In this document: positions 1-8,345 of the stretch, one piece after another
Numbering within the stretch: the first letter of the stretch is position 1
Layout: the number at the start of each line of letters is the position of its first letter
From: an uncultured Trueperaceae bacterium
GTDB taxonomy: Bacteria > Deinococcota > Deinococci > Deinococcales > Trueperaceae
Assembly (NCBI GenBank): GCA_963815215.1
Contig: CAWFFU010000003.1
Span: 864,001 to 928,000 of the forward strand
Direction: 5' to 3'
DNA length: 64,000 bases
Program-made: the position numbers and the translations under genes
The notes under the pieces: model-generated
Told to the model about the DNA's origin: nothing
Database searches by the model: none
The model's input: the letters and a program-made list of their open reading frames with translations, nothing else

Positions 1-1
1 C

Positions 2-433
2 CGCGTCGGCCACGTGGCACTTGCGTTGGTGGCACTGGCCGCCCTGGCCGTCGCTTTCATGCGCCGAGGCAACACGCCGCTCATCGGCGCCAGCCACGCC
101 GAGTTGGCGCTCCGGCAGTGGCTCTCCGACCTGTTCGTGCGGCCGCGCTTCAAGGAGCTGATCGGGCACCCGCTGGCGCTACTGGCCCTGGCCAACCCGC
201 GCTGGCCCTCGTGGTTCCGAGGCCTGTTGCTCACGGGGGGCGTACTGGCTCAGGCCAGCGTCCTCAACACCTTCAGCCACTACCACACGCCATTGCTCGT
301 CTCTGCGGAACGCACCGCCATCGCCCTGGTCCTCGGGCTCGTCATCGGCTTCGTGCTGGTGCCGGTCCTACGTGGCGCGGTCGCTCTGGGCCGGGCCTGG
401 CTGGCCAGCCCGGGTGACGGCCGTGGAGCGTGA
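2..433 (+). CDS. DUF5693-family membrane protein, C-terminal part (5' end outside window)
   Basis: Frame open from the window edge; hydrophobic segments; RPRFKELIGHP and NTFSHYHTP motifs typical of this csaB-associated family. Confidence 0.7.
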   Translation, partial: RVGHVALALVALAALAVAFMRRGNTPLIGASHAELALRQWLSDLFVRPRFKELIGHPLALLALANPRWPSWFRGLLLTGGVLAQASVLNTFSHYHTPLLVSAERTAIALVLGLVIGFVLVPVLRGAVALGRAWLASPGDGRGA

Positions 434-1430
434 TACCGGGGTTCGACCGCTGCGCCCGGTCCTGAGCGGTTACTACGGTTTCGGCAACCTGGGCGACGAA
501 GCGCTGTTGGCGGGGTTGGTCGAGGGCCTGCGCGCGCGCGGCATCGAGCCCCAGGTGCTCTCCGGAAGCCCGGCGGCCACCCGTGCGCTCCACGGGGTGG
601 CCGCAGCGCACCGCTATGCGGGCCTGGTGCCGACGCTCCTACGCTGCGACGTTGTCGTCTCCGGGGGCGGCGGCCTGCTGCAGGACGGCAGCAGCCGACG
701 TAGCCTGGCGTACTACCTGACGGTCATCGGGCTGGCACGGAAGCTCGGCAAGCGCGTGGTGGTCTACGGGCAATCGGTGGGACCACTCAGCGACGAAGGT
801 CGACGGCGCGTCGGCCGTGCCTTGAAGGGCCTGCCCGTGGCGGTGCGCGACGCCCCCTCCGTGGCCCTGCTGGCCGAGCTCGGTCTGTCCGCCGAGCGGG
901 TAGCGGACCCTGCCCTGCTGCTGCCGGCGCCGGTGCGCACAGAAGCAGGCGGACCGGTAGTGCTGGTGCCCCGCTCGGGTCATGACGACCTCAACGACGC
1001 CCTGGCCGCTGCGGGGCGGCTGCTGCGCGAAGCCGGTCTGGAGGTCGCGACGCTGAGCCTTCATGAACGGGAGGACGCTGCCGCCGCGCAGCGGATCGCT
1101 CGGGCGGCGCAGGCGACCCGGCTGTTCGCCGGGACTCCGGCCGAAGCTCTGGCGCATCTCGCGGCCGCTCGCTACGTGCTGTCCGCTCGCCTTCACGGCC
1201 TCATCCTGGCCGCGCGCGTGGGCGTCGGCTTCGCCGGCCTGGTGTACGACCCCAAGGTCGCCGGCTTCCTCGACGATGCGCGCGCCCCCGCGTTCTCCGC
1301 TCCGGTGGATGCGCGGCGCCTGGCGGAGCTCGCCCAGGAGGCGGTGCCGCCCGATCTCGACGCCGTGGCCGCCCTGAGGCGGCGGGCCGATGCCGGTCTG
1401 GACTGGCTGGCGCTCCACATCGGCGGCTAA
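414..1430 (+). CDS. csaB: Polysaccharide pyruvyl transferase CsaB
   Basis: SGYYGFGNLGDEA, SGGGGLLQD and RLHGLI motifs; start uncertain (GTG 414 or 423). Confidence 0.85.
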   Translation: MTAVERDTGVRPLRPVLSGYYGFGNLGDEALLAGLVEGLRARGIEPQVLSGSPAATRALHGVAAAHRYAGLVPTLLRCDVVVSGGGGLLQDGSSRRSLAYYLTVIGLARKLGKRVVVYGQSVGPLSDEGRRRVGRALKGLPVAVRDAPSVALLAELGLSAERVADPALLLPAPVRTEAGGPVVLVPRSGHDDLNDALAAAGRLLREAGLEVATLSLHEREDAAAAQRIARAAQATRLFAGTPAEALAHLAAARYVLSARLHGLILAARVGVGFAGLVYDPKVAGFLDDARAPAFSAPVDARRLAELAQEAVPPDLDAVAALRRRADAGLDWLALHIGG

Positions 1431-1463
1431 GCATTCCTCATTCGCCCGCGCTATCGTGGATGC

Positions 1464-2222
1464 GTGCTTCGGTTCGCACCCATCCTCGTCGTGTTGCTGC
1501 TGCCCCTGGCGCTGGCGCAAAGTGCGTTCAGCCAGATGCAGGACCTGCTCGACCGCGGGTACTACAACTCCGCGGCGCAACTCAACGGGCCGGAGCTCGT
1601 CAAGACGTACCCGGATCAGCCGAACGCGCACTATCTCTACGGCGAGGCGCTCTACCTGACGGGCAACGTGGCCGCCGCGCAGACGCAGCTCGACCTGGCA
1701 ACCAAGCTGACCCAGGGTGAGTCCGATCCCCGGTACCTGCACCTGGGCGGCCTGCTGAAGGCGGCCGAAGGCGACCCTGCCGCCGCCATCACGCCGCTGA
1801 AGACGGCGTTCCTGAGCACGCACGACTACGCCTACGCCATGGACTGGGGACGTGTCGCCTGGCAGGCGGGGTCCTTCGACGTGGCCCTGCAGGCGTTCCA
1901 AGCTGCGACCGGTACCGATGCCGGCAAGGCAACGATGTGGCCGCTGCTCGACCAAGGGCGCATCCTGATCTACCTGGGACGGTACCAGGATGCGATCCAG
2001 AAACTGAACGACGCCATCGACGTCTTCGAGGCGACCGACCCGGGCGGTGCGCGCCCCGGTTCGCCGGCCTACGTCGAAGCGTTCTACCGCCTCGGCCAGG
2101 TGTACGAGAAGCTCGGGAACGTCAGTCAGGCCGAGACCAACTACCGGTCAGCGCGTACCGCCGACCCCAACTATGCACCGGCGATCGACGCCCTCGACCG
2201 CCTGTCGCGCAGCTTCCCATAG
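1464..2222 (+). CDS. Secreted tetratricopeptide-repeat protein
   Basis: Signal peptide ending ALA-Q; TPR-like helices (AHYLYGEALY, AFYRLGQVYEKLG); TATCGT -10 box 6 nt before the GTG. Confidence 0.8.
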   Translation: MLRFAPILVVLLLPLALAQSAFSQMQDLLDRGYYNSAAQLNGPELVKTYPDQPNAHYLYGEALYLTGNVAAAQTQLDLATKLTQGESDPRYLHLGGLLKAAEGDPAAAITPLKTAFLSTHDYAYAMDWGRVAWQAGSFDVALQAFQAATGTDAGKATMWPLLDQGRILIYLGRYQDAIQKLNDAIDVFEATDPGGARPGSPAYVEAFYRLGQVYEKLGNVSQAETNYRSARTADPNYAPAIDALDRLSRSFP

Positions 2223-2296
2223 CGCGACCCCACGGTTCCAGCCGGCCTGTCCCCCTCGACGTTCGAGGGATGCGGCAACCGGCGAAGGGAGGTCCC

Positions 2297-2998
2297 ATGT
2301 CGACCCTCAAAGCCCAAACCCTCCATCCTTCGGCCTGCGAACCCGCGGCTCCGGTTCCCGAAACGCTGGCCCTGCCGACGCGTACGTTGGAGCCTGGGCA
2401 GGTGTTGTTCGAGGCGGATCGTGAGGCGAGCAACCTGTACGTGGTGAACTTCGGGGTGCTGAAGGCGGTGGTGCCGACCAGTCTGGGTCGGGATCGTATC
2501 GCCGATCTGTACGGCGCCGGGGACGTGCTCGGTTTGAGCGCGTTGGACGGCGGTCTGCACGCCGAGACGGTGATCGCGGTGCACGATGCGTGCCTCACCC
2601 CGATCGATCCGAAGCAGGCGATGAACGATCGCAGCTTGCGTGATTACGTGCTGCGCAGCCTGGCGCGGCAGTTGCGGCGTTCCCGCGAGATGCTGGACGA
2701 AGCCGAGATGCCGGTCGGTGCGCGCGTCACCCGCGCGTTCCTGCGCTTGGCGCGGCAGTTCGGGCAGCCCAGCGACGGGGCGTCGTCGGCGGACGGCATC
2801 GAGGGCGGCGTGAAGCTGCCGCTGGCGTTGACGCATGAGGATCTGGCGGATCTCACCGGCTCGAGCCGGGTGACCATCACCCGCATCCTCGGCGAGCTGC
2901 GGTCCGACGGCGCTCTGGAGGGCACCCGCGGCGTGTACGTCGCCAACCTCGAGGGGTTGGAGCGCGCCACCGATCACTACGTCATGCAGGTGCTCTGA
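2297..2998 (+). CDS. Crp/Fnr family transcriptional regulator
   Basis: cNMP-type N-terminal domain and HTH LTHEDLADLTGSSRVTITRILGEL; RBS AAGGGAGG before ATG 2297. Confidence 0.88.
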   Translation: MSTLKAQTLHPSACEPAAPVPETLALPTRTLEPGQVLFEADREASNLYVVNFGVLKAVVPTSLGRDRIADLYGAGDVLGLSALDGGLHAETVIAVHDACLTPIDPKQAMNDRSLRDYVLRSLARQLRRSREMLDEAEMPVGARVTRAFLRLARQFGQPSDGASSADGIEGGVKLPLALTHEDLADLTGSSRVTITRILGELRSDGALEGTRGVYVANLEGLERATDHYVMQVL

Positions 2999-3025
2999 CC
3001 CAGCGCCCGCTATCCCGCTCGCTCT

Positions 3026-3058
3026 GCACCGCCCCGGCCACGAAGGCCGGGGCGGTGC
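3026..3058. terminator. GC-rich hairpin between convergent genes (probable bidirectional terminator)
   Basis: GCACCGCCCCGGCC-acgaa-GGCCGGGGCGGTGC, 14-bp perfect stem; no long U tract. Confidence 0.6.
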
Positions 3059-3097
3059 TCGTTGGGACCGGCCGCCGCGACGGGGCCACGGCGAAGC

Positions 3098-3832
3098 TCA
3101 GTGGATGGCGTAGCGCACGTCCACGGCCGCCCACACCGCAAGCTGCCCGGCCTGCACGGGAGAGCCCGCACCCACACGCACCGCGGCCATGGTGCCCGCC
3201 GGCGACGCGACCGGCGAGGACGACTCATCGATCGTGAGCGGCCTGCCCAGCGTCACTCCGGCCAGATCCGCCAGTTGCTGGGCCTTCGCTCGAGCATCGT
3301 GCATCGCTGCGGCGCGGGCCTTCGCCTGAAGCGCCCCCGGATCGGCGATGCTGAACTGGATGCCCTGCACGTCGTTGGCACCGGCGTTCACGGCGGCGGA
3401 CACCAGCTCGCCGAGCTTCGTGAGATCGCGCAGCGTGACCTGGTAGCTCTGGACCACCTGATAGTGCTCGCCGGTCACGCTCCCATTCCGGTCGCGGACC
3501 TCCTGACGGCGGACGTTGAACGCTACCGTGCGGATGTCCCGGGCCTCGACGCCGCCGTCGAGGAAGGCCTGACGCACCGCCCGCATGGACCGGTCGGCAC
3601 TGGCGAGGGCGTCGCCGACCTGCTGCGCCGTCACATCGACCCCCAGCGTCAGCAGAGCGATGTCGGGCGCCCCGTAGACGGTGGCGCTCCCGTGCACCTG
3701 GATGCCGGACGACGGCTGGGATTGCGACTGGGATTGCGCCAGCGCCGGCGCCGAGACGAGGAACGTCGCCAGGACGGCGCATGCGAAGGCGGCACGAACG
3801 AACGCGCGGGGGGTCACGGGCACAGACTGCAT
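3098..3832 (-). CDS. SIMPL (DUF541) domain periplasmic protein
   Basis: Signal peptide; G..TV...PDIA.LTLGV, AGAND..GIQF and ARAKAQQLA.LAGV.LG patterns; RBS AAGGAGG before ATG 3832. Confidence 0.85.
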   Translation of the reverse strand: MQSVPVTPRAFVRAAFACAVLATFLVSAPALAQSQSQSQPSSGIQVHGSATVYGAPDIALLTLGVDVTAQQVGDALASADRSMRAVRQAFLDGGVEARDIRTVAFNVRRQEVRDRNGSVTGEHYQVVQSYQVTLRDLTKLGELVSAAVNAGANDVQGIQFSIADPGALQAKARAAAMHDARAKAQQLADLAGVTLGRPLTIDESSSPVASPAGTMAAVRVGAGSPVQAGQLAVWAAVDVRYAIH

Positions 3833-3943
3833 GGTGCGGGCCTCCTTGGGACGACCGTTCCGGGAGCCGGTCCTACCCCTCGACCCCCGCATCGTCGATG
3901 CTCCATCCTCGCGCACGATCATGACCTGCCGATGGGAGCCGGC

Positions 3944-5188
3944 TCAGTTGACGGTCTTGATGCGACGGTTCTGGAAGTCCTGCAGAACGTAGCGACCGAT
4001 GGTGTGGGGGGTCGTGAAGTAGGCCTTCCCGCGCGTCATCGCGGAGACCCGCTGCACGAAGGCGATCAGCTCGGGGTCCCGCGCCAGCATGAAGGTGTTG
4101 ACCTGGATGCCCTGCCGCCGACAGTTGCCTACCTCACGCAGCGTCTCGCCGAGCACCATGGGGTCGAGCCCGTAGGCGTTCTTGTAGACACGGCCGCCCG
4201 GTAGCGTGATGGCCGACGGCTTGCCGTCGGTGATCATCACGATCTGCTTCATGTCCTTGTTCTGGCTCCGAAGGATCTTGCGCGCCAACCGCAACCCCTC
4301 TGCCGTATTGGTGTGGTACGGACCCACCTGGGCCGACGCCAGCTTCGTCAACGGGATCTCCTCGGCCGAGTTGTGGAACAGCACGAAGCGGATGGTGTCG
4401 CCTCGGTACTGCGTACGGATCAGGTGCGCCAGCGCCAGCGCGACCTGCTTCGCAGGGGTGAAGCGGTCCTCGCCGTAGAGGATCATCGAGTGCGAGCAGT
4501 CGAGCATCACGACCGTCGCCGCCGACGAGGCGTACTCGGCCTGCACCACCTGGAGATCGTCGTACTCGAGGTCGAACCGTCCGCCGTCGAAGCCGCGCCG
4601 CGCGGCGTTCTTGAACGTCTCCGCCACGTCGAGGTTGAGCGTGTCGCCGTACTCGTAGGGCTTCGACTCGCCGTTCGTCTCCACGCCGGTGCTCTGGAAG
4701 CGCGTCTCGTGCGCCCCCACGCTCGAACGTCCGGCGCCGCCCAGCACATCGCGCAGGGTGCGGTAGCCGAGGAAGTCGATGGCCTTGTCGGTGAGCTCGA
4801 AGCGCGCCGCGCCCGGGTCGCCTTCCGGGCCGGAACCCTGGCCCCCGCTGCGTGGCTCGTCCTCGTCGTCAGGGGCGGCCTTCAGATAGCCTTCCCGCTC
4901 GAGCCGCTGCGCCAGCTCCTTGACCATCTCGCCGAGCTGCGACGTCATCCAGTCGTCGGCGTTCATGGCCTTCTCGAGGGTCTCCTCGGACACCAGGTCG
5001 TTGTTGATCAGAGCCTCGGCGATGGCGTCGTAGAGGTCCTGCAGGGACTGACGATAGTCCGGATCGGGATCCCACGGGTTGCGCCCGAAGCCCGACTCGA
5101 GCAGCCGGTCCTGCAACATCTTCATCAGGTCCGCCATGTCGAGATCGTCGAGCGTCGGCTCGTACTTGGAATAGCGGGTCGTCGCCAC
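3944..5188 (-). CDS. VWA domain-containing protein
   Basis: MIDAS DCSHS, HTNT and ITDG motifs; directly downstream of an AAA+ ATPase gene. Confidence 0.85.
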   Translation of the reverse strand: MATTRYSKYEPTLDDLDMADLMKMLQDRLLESGFGRNPWDPDPDYRQSLQDLYDAIAEALINNDLVSEETLEKAMNADDWMTSQLGEMVKELAQRLEREGYLKAAPDDEDEPRSGGQGSGPEGDPGAARFELTDKAIDFLGYRTLRDVLGGAGRSSVGAHETRFQSTGVETNGESKPYEYGDTLNLDVAETFKNAARRGFDGGRFDLEYDDLQVVQAEYASSAATVVMLDCSHSMILYGEDRFTPAKQVALALAHLIRTQYRGDTIRFVLFHNSAEEIPLTKLASAQVGPYHTNTAEGLRLARKILRSQNKDMKQIVMITDGKPSAITLPGGRVYKNAYGLDPMVLGETLREVGNCRRQGIQVNTFMLARDPELIAFVQRVSAMTRGKAYFTTPHTIGRYVLQDFQNRRIKTVN

Positions 5189-5236
5189 CTCGGCGCCTCC
5201 TCATCGTGCACGCCCGTGCCGGAAAGGAACGAACGC

Positions 5237-6682
5237 TCAGTTCCACCGCCGGCGAGGGCCGGCCTGAGCCGCCTCCGCGGACTCGGGCTGCACGCCGGTG
5301 AAGCCGCGTTCCTCGCTGCGCGCCACCAGCTTGCGGGCATACAGGCCCTCGAGCACGAACTCGGCGGCGACGGCGAGGTCGGCCGCGGAGGTCCCGTCGG
5401 CGAGCTCACGGGCCGCGTCGAGCAGCCCGGGCACCGTCTCGAAGACCTGGACCAGCGCTCCGGTGGCGACGTGGTCAGGCAGGCGCAAGGTGTTGTCCGA
5501 GTCGAAGTACTCGATCACCTCGCCGGTCTCCACCTGGCCGGCGCGACGCGCGAACACCTGGCCCACGGCGCGGCGCACCAGGTCACGCGCCACGGCCTCC
5601 CCGCCCTTGAGCTCGCCCTCGTACTCGAGCTCGAGCTTGCCCGTCACCGCCGCCAGCCCGGCATACAGGTCGGACGCGCGGACGTAGGCCGGGCTCTCCT
5701 CGAGCTCTAGCGCACGCCGCTCGGCGTTGCTCACCACGGCCTCCATGAGGCTGATGGGCAGGCGTTGGGAGACGCCCGAGTGCTTGTCCACACGGGCGTC
5801 GTCGCGGGCCTGGAACGCGACCTCCTCGATCATCTCCGACACGAAGCCGGGCAGGCGCACCTCGCCGCCGCGCTCGATCCAGGCCTCCTGTCGCGTGATG
5901 GCCATGCCCTCCTCGACGGTGGGCGGGTAGTGGGTGCGGATCTCTGAGCCGATGCGGTCCTTCAGGGGGGTGATGATCTTGCCACGCGCCGTGTAGTCCT
6001 CGGGATTGGCGCTGAAGACCAGCATGATGTCGAGCGGCAGGCGGATGGGGTGCCCCTTGATCTGCACGTCCCCCTCCTGCATGACGTTGAAGAGCGCGAC
6101 CTGCACCTTGCCGGACAGGTCGGGCAACTCGTTCATGGCGAACAGGCCGCGGTTGGCGCGCGGCAGCAGCCCGTAGTGCACCGAGCGCTCGTCGCCCAGC
6201 CGGGTGCCGAGCTTGGCCGCCTTGATGGGGTCGATGTCGCCCACGATGTCGGCCACCGTAACGTCGGGCGTGGCGAGCTTCTCGATGTAGCGGGCCTCAC
6301 GCGGTAACCACGCGATCGGGGTGGAGTCGCCGCAGCGCTCCACGATCTCGCGACCCTCCACGCTGACGGGGGCGAAGGGGTCGTCATGGAGCTCGGAGCC
6401 CTCGACCACGGGGATCTCCTCGTCAAGGAGGTCGCTGAGCTGCCGCAGGAGGCGCGTCTTGGCCTGACCGCGAAGCCCGAGAAGGATGAAGTTGTGGCGG
6501 CTGAGGATGGCGTTGACGATCTGCGGGATGACCGATTCGTCGTAGCCGCGGATGCCCGAGAAGATCGGGGCGCGGTCACGCAGCTTGCGAATCAGGTTGT
6601 CGCGGAGCTCCGCCTTGACGCCGCGGCCCGCCTTGGCCGACCACGCCGTGGCGCGCAGCTCCCCGAGGGTGGTGGGCTTCAT
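5237..6682 (-). CDS. AAA+ ATPase, Mg-chelatase ChlI/MoxR-like
   Basis: Walker A GLRGQAKT, Walker B-like [29 protein letters not shown] before ATG 6682. Confidence 0.82.
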   Translation of the reverse strand: MKPTTLGELRATAWSAKAGRGVKAELRDNLIRKLRDRAPIFSGIRGYDESVIPQIVNAILSRHNFILLGLRGQAKTRLLRQLSDLLDEEIPVVEGSELHDDPFAPVSVEGREIVERCGDSTPIAWLPREARYIEKLATPDVTVADIVGDIDPIKAAKLGTRLGDERSVHYGLLPRANRGLFAMNELPDLSGKVQVALFNVMQEGDVQIKGHPIRLPLDIMLVFSANPEDYTARGKIITPLKDRIGSEIRTHYPPTVEEGMAITRQEAWIERGGEVRLPGFVSEMIEEVAFQARDDARVDKHSGVSQRLPISLMEAVVSNAERRALELEESPAYVRASDLYAGLAAVTGKLELEYEGELKGGEAVARDLVRRAVGQVFARRAGQVETGEVIEYFDSDNTLRLPDHVATGALVQVFETVPGLLDAARELADGTSAADLAVAAEFVLEGLYARKLVARSEERGFTGVQPESAEAAQAGPRRRWN

Positions 6683-6840
6683 CCGTTCCTCCGGCTCTGC
6701 GTCGAGCTTCCCAGCGGGTTCATGGGCCATGCTAGCACCAGCCCTCCGGATCGCTGTGTGTGCCCGGTAGCGGTCGCCTACGTGCCCTGGGCACGAGCCG
6801 GCCCGGCCCGCCGACCCCGGGACGCTTGCCCCGGACGACG

Positions 6841-6866
6841 TCCCACAAATGAATCCCACAAATGAA
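6841..6866. repeat. Perfect 13-bp tandem duplication TCCCACAAATGAA x2
   Basis: Read directly at 6841-6853 and 6854-6866. Confidence 0.9.
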
Positions 6867-6953
6867 GGTGACCCTGCGTGGGGGGCGCAGGGTCAAAGAG
6901 AGGAGATGGTGGAGGGACGAATCCCTCACGGGTCCCGCTGGGGGAGCGGAACC
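6858..6953 (-). ncRNA. Candidate small RNA with three hairpins and C-rich loops
   Basis: TAGAAT -10 box at 6965-6960; hairpins GGUUCCGCU-CCCCC-AGCGGGACC, GAGGGA-UUCG-UCCCUC and UGACCCUGCG-CCCCCCA-CGCAGGGUCA; the G-U pair and UUCG loop favour the minus strand. Confidence 0.55.
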
Positions 6954-7018
6954 AAGGCGATTCTACAACAGAATGCTGACGGGCGTCTTACTTCAGGGGA
7001 CCCCTGGTATCGTCCGCC

Positions 7019-8293
7019 ATGACCGTCCTCCGCACCGCCGAAGTGCTCGCCGTGGGCACCGAGCTCCTGCTCGGCGAGATCGACGACACCAACAGCGCCG
7101 AGCTCGCCCGGAGCCTGGCGCAGCACGGCGTCGACGTCTACTGGACTCAGCGCCTCGGCGACAACCTCGAGCGCCTTCGCGCCGCCATCGATCGCGCCCT
7201 CGAGCGCAGCGACCTGGTCGTCCTCACGGGCGGGCTGGGTCCCACCGACGACGACCTCACGCGCGACGCCGTCGCCCTGGCGGCCGGCGAGGCCATGACA
7301 CTCGACCCGGAGCTGGAGCGCTGGCTGCGCCAACGCTTCGCTTCGCGCCGTCGGCCCATGCCCGAGCGCAACCTGCGCCAGGCCATGCGCATCCCGTCGG
7401 CGCGGGCGCTGGACAACCCCATCGGGACGGCACCCGGTTGGCTGGTGACACTGTGGCGCGCCGGTGACGAGCGGACGGTGGTGACCCTTCCCGGGCCACC
7501 GCGCGAGATGCGCCGCATGTGGCAGTCCGAGGCCCTGCCGCGCCTGACGTTCGCGGCCAGCGCTCTGTACACCCGCACCATCAAGACCCATGGCGTGGGC
7601 GAGTCCGACGTGGCCGAGCGGCTAGGGGAGTTGACGCGGGGCGCCAACCCCAGCGTGGCGACCTACGCCAAGCGTGACGGCGTCCACGTACGGGTGGCCG
7701 CCAAGGGCACCAGCGCCGAAGAGGCCCGCCGTCGGGCCGCTCCGACCGAACGGGAGGCGCTCACACGGCTCGGCGACAGCGTCTGGGGCTTCGACGACGA
7801 CGCCTTGCCCGTCATGGCGATCGAGCGCCTGCGCGCCTCTGGCCTGCGCCTGGCGTTGGCCGAGTGCGCCAGCGGCGGATCCCTGTCCGAGCTGCTGAGC
7901 GGCGTCCCCGCCGTCGAAGAGGCGCTCGCGGGCGCCGTGATAGCATGGAACGCGGATAGCATGGCAACGCTCGGAGTGGCCACAGATCTGTTGGCAAGGC
8001 TTCCCGCCGCAGCCGCGGAGGTGGTTGCGGCGCTGGCGGTAAGCGTCCGTGCGCTATTCAATGTCGACTATTCGATCGCCGTCGGTCCCGCCCTGCTGCT
8101 GCAGGACGGCGATCCCGGCGACGCATCGCGACCGGATGGGAACGAAAGCGCGGCAACGCGTGTGGTGATCGCCGTCGCCGGACCGAACGGCACGACCGTC
8201 GATACGTTGACCTTCCCGCCACTCGGGCGGGCGTGGCTCCGCGAGCGGCTCGCCTTCACCAGCCTCTTCCTTCTCCGGTCCGCCCTGAGGTAG
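7019..8293 (+). CDS. cinA: Competence/damage-inducible protein CinA (molybdopterin-binding-like domain plus degenerate PncC domain)
   Basis: [31 protein letters not shown] and LPGPPREM motifs; upstream of recA. Confidence 0.9.
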   Translation: MTVLRTAEVLAVGTELLLGEIDDTNSAELARSLAQHGVDVYWTQRLGDNLERLRAAIDRALERSDLVVLTGGLGPTDDDLTRDAVALAAGEAMTLDPELERWLRQRFASRRRPMPERNLRQAMRIPSARALDNPIGTAPGWLVTLWRAGDERTVVTLPGPPREMRRMWQSEALPRLTFAASALYTRTIKTHGVGESDVAERLGELTRGANPSVATYAKRDGVHVRVAAKGTSAEEARRRAAPTEREALTRLGDSVWGFDDDALPVMAIERLRASGLRLALAECASGGSLSELLSGVPAVEEALAGAVIAWNADSMATLGVATDLLARLPAAAAEVVAALAVSVRALFNVDYSIAVGPALLLQDGDPGDASRPDGNESAATRVVIAVAGPNGTTVDTLTFPPLGRAWLRERLAFTSLFLLRSALR

Positions 8294-8345
8294 CGGCGGG
8301 CGCGCTCCGGTGCGCCCGTACGCCGTCGGAGAGGTGGAGCGAGCT

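Noticed and set aside
1937..2296. N-terminal extension of the Crp/Fnr ORF (likewise the long ORF-track starts for mreB, msbA-like, pstA, valS, nifJ and the sugar-binding protein)
   Set aside because: Extensions overlap upstream genes or leaders; downstream starts have an RBS or translational coupling and match family N-termini
3717..3738. Short repeat encoding QSQSQSQ in the SIMPL gene
   Set aside because: Low-complexity linker after the signal peptide; no sign of further function
5237..6682. True magnesium chelatase (photosynthesis) or sigma54 activator
   Set aside because: No chlH/bchH or pigment genes, and no GAFTGA motif; better described as a generic AAA+/VWA pair
6841..6953. CRISPR array or tRNA in the AAA+/cinA intergenic region
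   Set aside because: Only two adjacent 13-bp copies with no spacers and no cas genes; no cloverleaf, T-loop or CCA
6960..6974. Deinococcal RDRM (DdrO box) upstream of cinA-recA
   Set aside because: The palindrome ATTCT-N5-AGAAT does not have the 17-bp RDRM length and spacing; kept only as an unspecified palindrome
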